Below, one piece after another: positions 42,679-53,646 of a stretch of DNA of 64,000 bases. How positions within the stretch are numbered: the stretch's first letter is position 1; the number at the start of each line of letters is the position of its first letter. The stretch lies in the NCBI GenBank assembly GCA_963768415.1, contig CAVYHX010000031.1, forward strand, positions 44,980 to 108,979. Direction: 5' to 3'. The position numbers and the translations under genes were made by a program. This stretch comes from an uncultured Gammaproteobacteria bacterium (GTDB lineage Bacteria > Pseudomonadota > Gammaproteobacteria > UBA9214). Below the pieces are notes generated by a model. That model saw nothing but the letters and a program-made list of their open reading frames with translations. It did not search any database and was not told where the DNA came from.

Positions 42679-43164
42679 ATGCAAATCGAGAAAGACCGTA
42701 TCGTTACCCTTAAATACACACTGAAAGACAACGACGACAACATCATAGACAAATCCGACGATGGCAGCTTCAGCTATCTGCACGGGGCGAGCAATATTAT
42801 CCCGGGGCTGGAAAATGCCCTGACCGGGAAAACTGCCGGTGACGAACTCTCGGTCTCCATACCCCCTGCGGAGGCTTACGGCGAACATGATGCCGGTAAT
42901 ACGCAGACTGTCCCGCGCGACATGTTCCCGCCCGACCACGAGATCGAGGTCGGTATGCAGTTTCATGCGCAGGCTCCGGATGGTCAGCCACTCATGGTCA
43001 AGGTAATCGGGGTAGAAGAGAATGAAGTCACCGTCGACGGCAATCACCCGCTGGCCGGCATGCAATTGAATTTTGATGTCAAGGTCACGGATGTTCGCGA
43101 TGCCACGAGTGAAGAACTCGAACATGGCCATGCGCATGGGCCGGATGGTCATGGACATGGCTAG
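42679..43164 (+). CDS. slyD: FKBP-type peptidyl-prolyl isomerase SlyD with a His-rich tail
   Basis: MQIEKDRIVTLKYTLKDNDDNIID…VDGNHPLAGMQLNFDVKVTDVRDATSEELEHGHAHGPDGHGHG. The start was chosen at 42679 inside the longer ORF. Confidence 0.88.
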   Translation: MQIEKDRIVTLKYTLKDNDDNIIDKSDDGSFSYLHGASNIIPGLENALTGKTAGDELSVSIPPAEAYGEHDAGNTQTVPRDMFPPDHEIEVGMQFHAQAPDGQPLMVKVIGVEENEVTVDGNHPLAGMQLNFDVKVTDVRDATSEELEHGHAHGPDGHGHG

Positions 43165-43179
43165 CACACGGTTACCGGC

Positions 43180-43743
43180 ATGAAGGCGAGTGAACTGAAA
43201 AAAGGCCTGGTACTCGACGTAGACGGGCGCAACATCCTGATCAAGGGGCTGGAGGTGCAAAGCCCCTCATCCCGCAGCGGCAGCACCCTCTACAAGGTGC
43301 GTGGCCATGACATTGTCACGAAACAGAAATACGAGGCGCGCTTCAAGGGCGATGAAACCCTGCAGACAGTGGATTTCGGCCGTCGCGCCGTACAGTATCT
43401 GTTCCAGGATGCCGATGGCTGCACCTTCATGGACAAGGAAAGCTTTGAGCAGTACACACTGGGGATTGATGACCTGAAGGAAGAACTGCAATTCCTGCGC
43501 GATGACCTCGATGGCATCACCGCCATGATCGCCGACGAGTCTGTCATCGGCATCGAGCTGCCCGCGACGGTCATACTGGAAATCACCGATACGGCACCTG
43601 CCATGAAGACCGCCTCGGCATCTGCACGCACCAAGCCGGCAACGCTGAGCACCGGCCTGATCGTTCAGGTCCCCGAATACCTCACCACGGGCGAGAGCAT
43701 CAAGGTAAACACTGCGACGGGCGAGTTTGTTTCGCGGGCATAG
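43180..43743 (+). CDS. yeiP: elongation factor P-like protein YeiP/EfpL
   Basis: 187-aa EF-P-fold ORF (MKASELKKGLVLDVDGRNILIKGLEVQSP…). Confidence 0.88.
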   Translation: MKASELKKGLVLDVDGRNILIKGLEVQSPSSRSGSTLYKVRGHDIVTKQKYEARFKGDETLQTVDFGRRAVQYLFQDADGCTFMDKESFEQYTLGIDDLKEELQFLRDDLDGITAMIADESVIGIELPATVILEITDTAPAMKTASASARTKPATLSTGLIVQVPEYLTTGESIKVNTATGEFVSRA

Positions 43744-43778
43744 AATTCAGAACAATTTTTTTACACGCAGGCTGCGCG

Positions 43779-45694
43779 TCATTCTGCAGGACCCGACTCC
43801 AGCTCCTCCCAGCGGCCGTAACAATTCTCGAGCTCGGTACCCAGCACCTCCAGCCGCGCCAGGGTATCGGCAATGGCAGCCTCCGGTTGCCGATAAAACC
43901 CGGCGGCACTCACCATGGCCTGTAATTCCGACTGTTCGGACTCCAGCGACTCGATCTTTCCGGGCAACGCATCCAGCTCCCGCTGGTCCTTGTAGGAAAG
44001 TTTTTGTGCCTGCACCCTGCGCTGCTGTGGTGCGACTTCAGTGTCCGCGCGCGCCATTTGCCCGGCCGGCAGCTGCTGTATTGCGGGCCGCACTGCAGCC
44101 GGGCGCTGCCGCAACCAGTCTGAATAACCCCCGACATACTCGCCAACCCGGCCAGTCACCCTCGAACACGAGGGTGCTGGTAACCACATTATCGAGAAAC
44201 GCGCGGTCATGACTCACCAGCAGCAGCGTGCCCTGAAACTCCAGCAACAGTTCTTCCAGCAGCTCCAGGGTCTCCACATCCAGGTCATTGGTCGGTTCAT
44301 CCAGCACCAGCAGATTGGCTGGTCTCGCGAACAGGCTTGCCAGCAGCAGGCGATTACGCTCGCCGCCAGACAGGGTACTCACCGGTGATTGCAGCCGTTC
44401 CGGCGGGAACAGGAAATCACGCAGGTAACCGGAAACATGCCGGTCGCGGCCGTTGATCTGCACCCGCTGGCTGCCGTCACTGACACTGTCCATCACCGTG
44501 GCAGCCGGGTTGAGTTGTGCGCGCTGCTGATCGAAATAGGCAACCTGCAGGCGGGTTCCACGCCGCATGCGGCCGCTGTCCGGTGACAGCTCGCCCAGCA
44601 GGAGCTTGATCAGGGTCGACTTGCCGGCGCCGTTGGGACCGATGATCCCCACTCGATCACCGCGCAGGACGGTCGCGGAAAAATCACGGATGACCACATG
44701 CTCACCAAACGCCAGCGTGACATGCTCCGCCTCGAAAACCAGCTTGCCTGATTGCGCCGCCTTCTGCGAGTTGCAGGTCGACCTTGCCGACGCGGTCGCG
44801 CCGCGACCGGCGCTGTTGCCGCATGGACTCCAGCGCCCGCACCCTCCCCTCATTACGTGTACGCCGGGCCTTGATTCCCTGGCGGATCCACACCTCCTCC
44901 CTGGAAAGCTGTTTGTCGAATTGCGCTGCATGGCGCGCCTCGACTTCAAGCTGTGCAGCCTTGCGGCGTAGATAGTCGGCATAGTTTCCCGGCCAGGAAG
45001 TCAGTTGTCCGCGGTCCAGCTCGATTATGCGTGTCGCCAGCCGGCGCGCAAAGGCACGGTCATGACTGATAAACAGCAAGGCCCCGGGATAGTCCAGCAT
45101 GAAGCCTTCCAGCCAGATGATGGCATCGATATCCAGATGATTGGTCGGCTCGTCCAGCAACAGCACATCCGGTTCGCCCACCAGTGCCCGCGCCAGCATG
45201 GCGCGCCGCTTCCAGCCGCCAGACAGCGCATCGAATGCCATATCGCCATCCAGTTCCAGACGCGATAACACGGACGCCACCCGCTGCTCCAGCTGCCAGC
45301 CGCCGTCTGCTTCCAGGCGCTGCTGCAGCGCTGACAGACGCGCCAGACTATCCGGGTCTGCAGCGTGCTCGAGCTGTTGTGCCGCGTGATGATATTCGGA
45401 CAACAGCCGTCCGAGTCCGGGCAGACCGCCGGCCACGACGTCGAATACCGAATCGCGGGTAGCAAGCGCAGCTTCCTGCGCGAGACAGGCGACCCGCATT
45501 CCCGGCCGGACCCAGAGGACGCCGTCATCCGGCCGGATCTCGCCATTGATGATACGCAGTAACGACGATTTACCCTCGCCATTCCGACCGACCAGGCAAA
45601 CCCGTTCACCCCGGCGGATTTCAAGGTCCACTGATTCCAGCAGATGATGGTGGCCAAAGGCGAGTGACACCTTGTCCAGACGTAGCAGCGGCAT
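43779..45694 (-). CDS. uup: ABC-F ATPase Uup-like (two NBDs plus C-terminal coiled-coil/DNA-binding tail), interrupted by two frame changes
   Basis: Three ORF fragments carry NBD1 with Walker A GRNGEGKSS (44702–45694), NBD2 with GPNGAGKST (44038–44982) and the C-terminal domain …GGYSDWLRQ… (43779–44210). Frame breaks fall near 44760–44980 and 44200. Confidence 0.85.
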
Positions 45695-45767
45695 CGGGAT
45701 CGTCTACAAGTCAATACAGTTATATGATGGGCCCGCGCCATCAGGCGCAGGAATGGTGCTAGAATAT

Positions 45768-45781
45768 TACCTGTCCAGGTA
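45768..45781. promoter_or_regulatory. perfect 6-2-6 palindrome tacctg-tc-caggta just downstream of a TAGAAT −10-like hexamer, upstream of the 45807 gene
   Basis: tagaat at 45760–45765 and the palindrome at 45768–45781 both lie in the divergent uup/45807 intergenic region, so this is a candidate operator. Confidence 0.25.
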
Positions 45782-45806
45782 ACGGCATTTTCAATGCTCG
45801 TCGATA

Positions 45807-46826
45807 ATGGAATGCAGTATAGCGCAATCCTACGATACGATGCCCTTCCACTGTTATTCACAACGCCTGCTCAATCCGTTTCGCGGCACCGTAAATTGTA
45901 TCCGCTACAAATCAGCCGAGGCAGTTACCGCCGATGGTGTCAAATGGGATATCTATGTCAGCCATGACGGCCTGCTGAAAGGCCTGCCGTATGACCGGAA
46001 AACCCAGGTCACCGACATCCGCTACGGATCGTGGTCCCGGAAATCCGGACTGAAACGCGGCCCGCTGTACCCATCGGATGATTTCAAGCGGCTGGAGGAC
46101 CTGGGGACCCGGGCGTACGAACATCTCATCGAGGTACATGACGCCGTCCCCTTCCCGTTTCAGGACAGCTTCGAACTCTGGTTACTCGACACGCAAGCAA
46201 GGCCCCTGGTATTGCTGGACAGTGCCGTCGAACAGGCAGCAATCGACCTGGAGCAGGCGCCGGCATGGCGCCCCGGCATGGAGAGTCGCAGGTCATTCAC
46301 ATCACAGGCCGCCGGCAAACTGGGCATCGACTCCACGCAGGCTGGCGCCATTGCTGATTATCTTGCCATGTACATCAATAAATGCGGCGGCCCCGCACCC
46401 CGGGCGCAGCTATTCGCGCGCAGTGCGGATGGCAGCGGCACCGGATTGAGCGGTATCGATCTGCCGGATGATCTGTGTGGCCGCGTGCTGGAAGTGCAAC
46501 AGTTTCCGGCATTGTTGCTGGATACCAGTCATCACGATGCTGTACATATGCAACTGGTCAATGACTTTATCTGCTGGCTGGCCCCGTGGCTGCTGTTACT
46601 GCCATCGCTCGACACGGCTACACGGCAGGCCTGCGAAGAACATGCACGTATACAGCCGCTGAAGATTGCGCACCATTATCATCTCTATCCCGAGATCCTC
46701 AACCAGGCCATCTTCGATGCTGCGCGCGTCGAGGCCCGCCTGCGTGGAACCATCCCGGAGAAGAAAACCGGGGAAACCATAATGTCTACGTTTTATCTGG
46801 AACTGGGCGCTGAACAAACCAAATAA
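45807..46826 (+). CDS. hypothetical protein (339 aa; no family recognised)
   Basis: Long ORF with protein-like composition and no recognisable motif; a likelier start is M12 at 45840. Confidence 0.5.
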   Translation: MECSIAQSYDTMPFHCYSQRLLNPFRGTVNCIRYKSAEAVTADGVKWDIYVSHDGLLKGLPYDRKTQVTDIRYGSWSRKSGLKRGPLYPSDDFKRLEDLGTRAYEHLIEVHDAVPFPFQDSFELWLLDTQARPLVLLDSAVEQAAIDLEQAPAWRPGMESRRSFTSQAAGKLGIDSTQAGAIADYLAMYINKCGGPAPRAQLFARSADGSGTGLSGIDLPDDLCGRVLEVQQFPALLLDTSHHDAVHMQLVNDFICWLAPWLLLLPSLDTATRQACEEHARIQPLKIAHHYHLYPEILNQAIFDAARVEARLRGTIPEKKTGETIMSTFYLELGAEQTK

Positions 46827-46835
46827 CTGCACCGC

Positions 46836-47432
46836 ATGACCCATAACTCCGAACAGGCGACGATCGAGGCGCGCATCGACTGGGACTGCAACGACTGCCG
46901 GCACAGACAACGGCAGCATTTTGCAAATATCAATTTCTGGCGCGATATTTTTCCAGGCAGTCTTTCCCAGACCCTGCCCGCCAGCGATGGCGAGTGGGTC
47001 AACGAGGAATTCGCGGCCGGCGCACTGGTGGAACCGTACTCGGAAAGCAACATCCACCGCGTCCGGCGCACTGCTCTCAAGCTGCAGCGCAAGCATGGAC
47101 CACCCGTCGAGATCGTTGCCGGCCGCAGCTACCCGCGGTACCTGGCAGCCGGGGTTGCCGGGATCAATGAAGGTAACGTGCAGCCAATGCACATCCTCGC
47201 TATGGATGCGGATTTCGTGCACATCGACCTGAACCACCCGCTGGCGCGGATACCACTGACCGTCGCGGCGCGTATCCGCGAACGTACGGGCATTGCCAGT
47301 GAACATGGCGGCCGCTGCAACGACATCGTGCAGGACATGCTCGCGACCGGCATGCGGCCTGCAGGGGCCACAGGAGAATGCAGCAACTGCCTTTTTCAAC
47401 GGCGTACCCTTTGCGCGCATGGATGCGCGTGA
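46836..47432 (+). CDS. hypothetical protein whose C-terminal half resembles the FKBP/SlyD IF-flap plus terminal strand
   Basis: …PPVEIVAGRSYP…NVQPMHILAMDADFVHIDLNHPLARIPLTVAARIRE… parallels the SlyD segment …VDGNHMLAGQNLKFNVEVVAIRE. The N-terminus is Cys-rich (DWDCNDCRH). Confidence 0.45.
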   Translation: MTHNSEQATIEARIDWDCNDCRHRQRQHFANINFWRDIFPGSLSQTLPASDGEWVNEEFAAGALVEPYSESNIHRVRRTALKLQRKHGPPVEIVAGRSYPRYLAAGVAGINEGNVQPMHILAMDADFVHIDLNHPLARIPLTVAARIRERTGIASEHGGRCNDIVQDMLATGMRPAGATGECSNCLFQRRTLCAHGCA

Positions 47433-48042
47433 TGACAATCTGTTCTATGCGTCAGCACGACTGGTTCAGCACCTGGACACCACGGCGCTCACACAGATCA
47501 AGGCGATATACGCAGGGTTTCTGCAGCCCGGGATGCAGGTCCTGGACCTGATGAGCAGCTGGGATTCACACCTGCCGGATGCACTGGAGGGACTGAGTGT
47601 CACCGGACTGGGCATGAACGCAGAGGAACTCGCGCACAATCCGCAACTTGCCGAAGCAGTTGTTCATGACCTCAACATGCACCCCCGACTGCCTTTTGAC
47701 GACAACCGTTTCGATGCCGTCATCTGTACCGCATCAGTCGAATACCTGGTCGAGCCGGTAGCGGTGATGCGTGAAATCGGCCGCGTCCTGAAACCGGGTG
47801 CGCTGGCCATCATGACCTTCTCCGACCGCTGGTTCCCCACCAAGGCGATCCAGCTATGGACCGAACTGCACCCTTACGAGCGTATGGGCCTGGTGCTCGA
47901 ATACTTCCGTCAAGCCGGGAATTTTTCCGGACTCGGCACCGAGACGCGGCGCGGGCTGCCGCGCCCTGCAGACGACAAGTATGCCGGTCAGCTCGCGCTC
48001 GCGGACCCGGTATTCGCGGTCTGGGGACAGTGCTGCGCCTGA
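47419..48042 (+). CDS. class I SAM-dependent methyltransferase (Methyltransf_11-like)
   Basis: …GMQVLDLMSSWDSHLP… and …FDAVICTASVEYLVEPVAVMREIGRVLKPGALAIMTF…. The start was chosen at MDARDD (47419), overlapping the upstream stop by 14 nt. Confidence 0.7.
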   Translation: MDARDDNLFYASARLVQHLDTTALTQIKAIYAGFLQPGMQVLDLMSSWDSHLPDALEGLSVTGLGMNAEELAHNPQLAEAVVHDLNMHPRLPFDDNRFDAVICTASVEYLVEPVAVMREIGRVLKPGALAIMTFSDRWFPTKAIQLWTELHPYERMGLVLEYFRQAGNFSGLGTETRRGLPRPADDKYAGQLALADPVFAVWGQCCA

Positions 48043-48389
48043 ACCAGCAACAACTCGAGCAGACCACGCGCGGCGCCCAGATACGGCGCGACAGTAATAT
48101 CCACGGCCGGATGCTCCTGACGGACAATTTCGACCTCGGCCGGAATGTCAGTAACGACATGCCGCCCCGCCGCCAGGAAATACGGCAGCACCACGACCGT
48201 CCCGGCACCCGCACCGATGTCGGCACGCAACCCGTCCGGGATCGACGGCTCCGCCAGCTCCAGAAAGGCGCAGGACACCCGGTCAAATTTTTCGCCGGCC
48301 ATACCGGCAAGGCATTCGGTCAGCTGGCGCACCTCATCATTTGATTTGGCAAGACGGCTGCCGTGCGCGACTAGCAGTAAGGATTTCAT
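47988..48389 (-). CDS. CbiX/SirB-like chelatase-fold protein
   Basis: MKSLLLVAHGSRLAKSNDEVRQL… (CbiX signature N-terminus); the start was chosen at M15. Confidence 0.6.
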   Translation of the reverse strand: MKSLLLVAHGSRLAKSNDEVRQLTECLAGMAGEKFDRVSCAFLELAEPSIPDGLRADIGAGAGTVVVLPYFLAAGRHVVTDIPAEVEIVRQEHPAVDITVAPYLGAARGLLELLLVQAQHCPQTANTGSASAS

Positions 48390-48792
48390 CTGTAGGTTTC
48401 CTCTGCACAGTAAAACAGTCAGCATTTGCATTCAGGAGTTTACCGTTCATGACGGCCTGATCGCCATAGATATTGCTGCTGTACCTTGCACACGCCCGGA
48501 GTGGCTGTCATAGCCGTATTGGCTGAGCCAGCAGCCATGCCACATGCAAATGATACGCAAATGCGCCGGAGCCGGACAAGGATGCGATACACTATACAGC
48601 AGTTGCTTGTCGGGAAAGTACGTGACAAAATCACGCGTTTGCATTCAAGCCGGTAGCGATCAAATACACCATGCAGCCGGCAGTCACTAAAAAAACAGTC
48701 TGTTGTCTGTGCTGCCATCCCGCAACGGCTGCACCTGGCGAGGCCGGCGTGTGATCACCCAGGCGTGATCCCAAATCCAATCGGAGAATATC

Positions 48793-49290
48793 ATGACACA
48801 TCCCGGGAAAACGCAACCCATTCTCGTTCCTGTCGATTTTTCACCTTATTCCGAAGCGGCATTATCCTGCGCCATTGACATGGCAGAGACACTCGGCTCC
48901 CCGCTGACGGTGCTGCATGTCGTCCATGATCTTGCCGAGGCACCCGGCTACTATGCTGTGAAAGGGAGAAAAAAAGAACTGCAACGCCTGGAGGATCTTG
49001 CTGCGGAAATGCTGCATGACTATATCGAGCAGATGCAGAAAAAGCAGCCTGAACGACAGGCACTGAAGAAAGCCGCTACCATGCTGGTGGCTGGCCTGCC
49101 GGTCAGCCGCATCCTGGAAACAGCAGAAAAAATAGATGCCCGCATGATCATTATGGGCAGCCAGGGCCGCACCGGGCTTGTCCATGCCATGCTGGGGTCA
49201 AAGGCTGAACAGGTGGTACGCTTGTCCCCGATCCCCGTACTGATCGTAAAAGCAGATAAAAAAACAGCGAGTGCAAAAAATAATGATTAA
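48793..49290 (+). CDS. universal stress protein UspA family
   Basis: 165 aa, …ILVPVDFSPYSEAALSCAIDMAE…MIIMGSQGRTGL…GSKAEQVVRLSPIPVLIV…. Confidence 0.88.
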   Translation: MTHPGKTQPILVPVDFSPYSEAALSCAIDMAETLGSPLTVLHVVHDLAEAPGYYAVKGRKKELQRLEDLAAEMLHDYIEQMQKKQPERQALKKAATMLVAGLPVSRILETAEKIDARMIIMGSQGRTGLVHAMLGSKAEQVVRLSPIPVLIVKADKKTASAKNND

Positions 49291-51085
49291 CTCCTCTGCA
49301 CTCCCGGGCCAGGCTCACAATAAATGGGCATTTCTGTTGCTGATTTGCGCTGCCTTTGCCGGTCTGGCCGCCACGCCGGCTGCCGCCGCTGCAGCTGATA
49401 GCGGCGCCGGGATAGCCTGGGGGAATATGGGCATGACGCTGGCAGGCGGCCTGGCGCTGTTTCTGTTCGGCATGGACCAGATGGCGGATGGGCTCAAGGC
49501 TGCTGCCGGCGAGCGCATGAAGGTCGTCCTCGCAAGATTGACCACCAACCGCTTCATGGGCGCCATGACCGGCGCCTTCGTCACCGCCATCATTCAATCC
49601 TCATCGGTCACCACCGTCCTGGTTGTTGGCTTTATCACTGCTGGACTGATGTCGATGTCCCAGTCTATCGGCATCATTATGGGGGCGAATATCGGCACGA
49701 CGATCACCGCCCAGATCGTTGCCTTCAAGGTCACCAAGCTGGCCCTGTTGATGATCGCAATGGGTTTTAGCATGCAGTTTTTCTCCAAACGCGAAAAGAT
49801 GATGCATTACGGCGGCATCCTCATGGGCCTGGGAATGGTGTTCTTCGGCATGAGCGTGATGAGCAATGCCATGAGTCCATTGCGCAGCTACCAGCCCTTC
49901 CTCGACCTCATGGCCAGCATGGATAATCCGATGATCGGGATACTGGTGGCAGCCGCATTCACCGGACTCGTCCAGTCGTCATCGGCGACCACGGGCATCG
50001 TGATTGTCATGGCGTCCCAGGGTTTCATTACCTTGCCGGCCGGCATTGCCCTGGCATTCGGCGCCAATATCGGCACCTGCGTGACTGCGATGCTGGCCGC
50101 GATCGGCAAACCCAGGGAGGCAATACGTGCGGCACTGGTGCATGTATTATTCAATGTCTTCGGCGTGCTCATCTGGCTGGGATTTATCCCGTACCTTGCG
50201 CAATTCGTCGTCTGGTTCTCCCCGGCACACCCTGAATTCACCGGTGTCGACCGTCTTGCCGCCGAGGCACCCCGCCAGATCGCCAACGCACACACGGTAT
50301 TCAACATCGCCAACACCTTTATCTTCATAGGATTTTCAGTCCAGCTGGCGCGGCTGGTGGAATGGCTTGTCCCGGACAAGCCAATCGAGGAAATCATTGT
50401 CGCCGAACCGAAATATCTCGATGAAGTCCTGCTCGAAACCCCGTCGCTGGCACTCGACCGGGTACGACTGGAACTCGGGCATATGGGAGAAAGCGTCGAG
50501 GAGATGCTGCAGCGCATTATGCCGGCAATCCATTCGGGTAATCGCGCCAGTCTGCTGGAAGTCGCCGCTATCGATGATACCGTGGACATCCTCCATGGAC
50601 ACATCGTGACCTACCTCGGGCTCATCAGCCGTCAAAGCCTGACGGAGGAGCAGACGAAAGACCTGGTAAACCTTATGGCTGCCGTCAATGAACTGGAAAA
50701 TATCGGCGACATAATCGAAACAGACCTGGTGACACTGGGTCTCAAGCGAATCGAGGAAGGCATATCAATCAGTGATGCCACGCAGGCAATTCTCGATAAT
50801 CTGCATAAAGTCATCGCCTCGGCTGCCAACCAGGCCATGATTGCCGTGACCGAGAATAACGCTGAATCGGCAGAGAAGGTCATTGCCATGAAGTCGGAAA
50901 TTAATCGCCTGATGGAATCCGCCGCCATGCACGAGGCACAACGCCTGGTTGCGGCAGAGCCGAACCGCCTGGGTGCCTATACGATTGAAATGGATGTCAT
51001 CGAGAAGCTCAAGCGTATTTATTATTTTTCCAAACGCATGGCCAAGGCGGTCATAGCGGAAGAAGCAGCCGAAGAAGCGGCCTAG
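49271..51085 (+). CDS. Na/Pi cotransporter family protein (NptA/YjbB-like) with C-terminal PhoU-like domains
   Basis: 604-aa ORF with duplicated Na_Pi_cotrans segments (…GANIGTTITAQIVAF…, …GANIGTCVTAMLAAI…) plus a helical C-terminal region; the start is uncertain (49271 or a downstream Met). Confidence 0.85.
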   Translation: MQKIMINSSALPGQAHNKWAFLLLICAAFAGLAATPAAAAAADSGAGIAWGNMGMTLAGGLALFLFGMDQMADGLKAAAGERMKVVLARLTTNRFMGAMTGAFVTAIIQSSSVTTVLVVGFITAGLMSMSQSIGIIMGANIGTTITAQIVAFKVTKLALLMIAMGFSMQFFSKREKMMHYGGILMGLGMVFFGMSVMSNAMSPLRSYQPFLDLMASMDNPMIGILVAAAFTGLVQSSSATTGIVIVMASQGFITLPAGIALAFGANIGTCVTAMLAAIGKPREAIRAALVHVLFNVFGVLIWLGFIPYLAQFVVWFSPAHPEFTGVDRLAAEAPRQIANAHTVFNIANTFIFIGFSVQLARLVEWLVPDKPIEEIIVAEPKYLDEVLLETPSLALDRVRLELGHMGESVEEMLQRIMPAIHSGNRASLLEVAAIDDTVDILHGHIVTYLGLISRQSLTEEQTKDLVNLMAAVNELENIGDIIETDLVTLGLKRIEEGISISDATQAILDNLHKVIASAANQAMIAVTENNAESAEKVIAMKSEINRLMESAAMHEAQRLVAAEPNRLGAYTIEMDVIEKLKRIYYFSKRMAKAVIAEEAAEEAA

Positions 51086-51340
51086 CCCGCATTTCTCACC
51101 AGGCGGCGGCAGCTTGATTTAACGGATTGAGATGCGAGGGAATTTGTGCCAACAGCGATAAACACAATGATTTCAGACCTGCCTATCCCGGTTCTGGCTT
51201 GTTCTGGTACGCCTGGACTTGCGCTTCATCACAAAGGTAGCGACGGCTACCTTTATGGCTCCAGCGCGGCGCCCAGCCGCACCAGCCCGGCGCCACCTCC
51301 CGGGATCCTGGTGAGAAATGCGGCCTAGGATGCGGCCTGT

Positions 51341-52025
51341 TTACTGATTGACAAGCTTCAGACCCCCGGCCTTGGCAGGACTGGTCTTTTCCGGACATTC
51401 ACAGGGCACCTTGATGGTTCCATCCTGCACAAATCCGGATGGCTTGCCGAATTCGTCATAACGTATACAGCTGGACCCGTTGAACCGGAAATCACCGATA
51501 TAGCGGTGCGATATCTTTTGCTTTAGGTTATCCGCGTAATTCAACCCGAGAAAATGGCTGACCAGCCCCCGGATAACACCGGCATGGACAACGAACGAGA
51601 ACCGTTTCCTGCGGGTATAACGCGGTCAGTGAAATGATGTAATTGACGCTACGCCGCTGCATCTGGCGGAAACTTTCACCCTCGGGATAAACAAAATCAG
51701 GATCGGTCTTGTGTTGCGGATAATGTTCGGCCACCCATTTCTTTTTCTTCTTGTATAGCTTTCCGTAGTTGACTTCGTTGAGCTCGCATGAATCAAGAAT
51801 GACATGAATTCCATTGCGCTTGGCATGGAACATCGCCGTCTGCCTGCTGCGTTCCAGATTGCTCGAATAGACCCGATCAAACTTGACGTCCCGCTTGCGT
51901 AACCGGTTATCGACGAACACGAGATCCGCTTCCCAGCCGCTGACACGTGGCGAGTCCCCCCAGCCCAGTATCTGCTCGGATGCGTTGATCATTGTTTTGT
52001 AATGCCTGGTAACAATCGCACGCAT
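51341..52025 (-). CDS. histidine phosphatase (phosphoglycerate-mutase-like) family protein, split by a +1 frame change near 51570
   Basis: N-terminus …VTRHYKT…SNLERSRQTA… ends at RCPCRC… in ORF 51528..52025. The …VVHAGVIRGLVSHFLGLNYADN… continuation sits in ORF 51341..51544 (the expected …ETVLVVVHAGVIRG… needs the extra c removed from gttcgttgtc). The pocket is AT-richer. Confidence 0.7.
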
Positions 52026-52239
52026 ACAGTAATTGCCTACATTCGTTGTTTATCGATGCAGCGGTTTGATCACACGCATAAGCGTGGCGTTACACTTCGG
52101 GGAAAACCTGATTGATGCATTCCAGTCTGTGCCACGGCGGTATTCCACCTCTGTTTATTATTAACCGCATTGCTTGACATTATCAGGTAAAGGATCGACC
52201 GGTTACACCAGCGACTGCCTTGATATACATCAACAAAAC

Positions 52240-53484
52240 TCAAGAAACCGGATGATCTCCCTCGTATTTTATCGATACCCGTTCGATGCTGCGCTGAGAT
52301 GCCTGCATTATCCTGACATTGAGATTGTCGATCATGAACACCTCGTTCTCTTTTGGAATATATTCTGTATGGCCAAGTATCCACAGGTTCACCGTATCGG
52401 TAGGCTTTCCCGGAAGATCAAGATCAAAGAAATCTTCAATAACACGCAGTTCTGTCGCTCCATCAACATATATTTCATCATCGGAAGCCTCCTGCGGCCG
52501 TAGCGGTGTCAGGTCACTCTCATCATAGATCTCACCGACCAGCTCTTCCAGCAGGTCCTCCAGCGTTACGACACCGCGAACTTTTCCAAATTCATTCACC
52601 ACACTGGCAAAATGCTTCTTTGATTGCCTGAATGTCTTGAATAACTCGGCAATCGGCTGTTGCTGATGCACGTAGAGAAGTTCATGCCCGATTTCATGCA
52701 ACCGCACGTCTTGCCTGCCGCTGGCAACCGCTTCCAGCACATCCCGCATGAAAAGCACCTTCTGGTGGTTATCTGGTTGCTGCCCGTACAGGGGAATACG
52801 CGAGAATGTACCCTGGGTAACCTTCGGGAGGGCTTCACCAACGGTGAGATTCCCGTCCAGCGCGAAAATCTGGCCCTCGGGAGTCATCACATCCCTGATC
52901 TTCAGGTTATTGAAAGCAAACACCCGCTCGATAATGCGCCGCTCGGTATGATTGATGGTCCCTTCGCTTTCTCCATAATCCAGCATACTGATAACTTCGG
53001 ATTCGGTGACCGTCGGATCACCGCTCTCCCCCACAAGCCCGTGTACCCATGTGGTGAGATGTCCGAATGCCCAGACCAGCGGATATATTACCCGCATGAG
53101 ACCCAGCATCGGCGTGGCGATGAACAGTGAAATGCGTTCGGAATAATGTGTGGCCAGACTCTTGGGCGTAATCTCGCCGAATACCAGGATTACCAGCGTA
53201 AGCACACCAACCGCGATTCCCGGGCCTGCATTGCCAAACCAGCGGGTTGCCATCACAGTAGCGATTGCCGAAGCCCCGATGTTGACCACGTTATTTCCGA
53301 TAAGGATTGTCGTGAGCATTCGCCCAGGGTCTTTTTTCAGCTTGTACAGGGCCAATGCACCGTGACGGCCCTCCCTGACGAGACCCTCGACCCGCGCCAT
53401 GGACAGGGAGACCAGCGCCGTCTCGGAACCCGAGAAGATGCCCGAAAGCAATAACAAAATCAGCAAGACAGCGAATTCACTCAC
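52240..53484 (-). CDS. CNNM/HlyC/CorC-family transporter (DUF21 + CBS pair + CorC_HlyC; TlyC-like)
   Basis: 414-aa ORF in an AT-richer region: N-terminal 4-TM DUF21 (MSEFAVLLILLLLSGIFSGSETAL…), tandem CBS, and a transporter-associated C-terminal domain. Confidence 0.85.
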   Translation of the reverse strand: MSEFAVLLILLLLSGIFSGSETALVSLSMARVEGLVREGRHGALALYKLKKDPGRMLTTILIGNNVVNIGASAIATVMATRWFGNAGPGIAVGVLTLVILVFGEITPKSLATHYSERISLFIATPMLGLMRVIYPLVWAFGHLTTWVHGLVGESGDPTVTESEVISMLDYGESEGTINHTERRIIERVFAFNNLKIRDVMTPEGQIFALDGNLTVGEALPKVTQGTFSRIPLYGQQPDNHQKVLFMRDVLEAVASGRQDVRLHEIGHELLYVHQQQPIAELFKTFRQSKKHFASVVNEFGKVRGVVTLEDLLEELVGEIYDESDLTPLRPQEASDDEIYVDGATELRVIEDFFDLDLPGKPTDTVNLWILGHTEYIPKENEVFMIDNLNVRIMQASQRSIERVSIKYEGDHPVS

Positions 53485-53646
53485 AATGATGCCTGCAGGT
53501 TACCTGTTGTTGTCAGCTGCCGGGATGGAAAAATGTCAGTGCATGATTGCATAGCAACAAACCGCACAAAACCGGCCCATGTCATTTCGTGCGGTTATGT
53601 TATAACCTGCTGTTTATTATATTCTTTATAAAACTTCCTTAGCGCT

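Noticed and set aside
45025-45861. 278-aa − strand ORF overlapping uup in another frame
   Set aside because: It is an alternative frame of the ABC-F gene; the ABC motifs sit in the 44702..45694 frame and the product here is Cys/Trp/Arg-rich noise.
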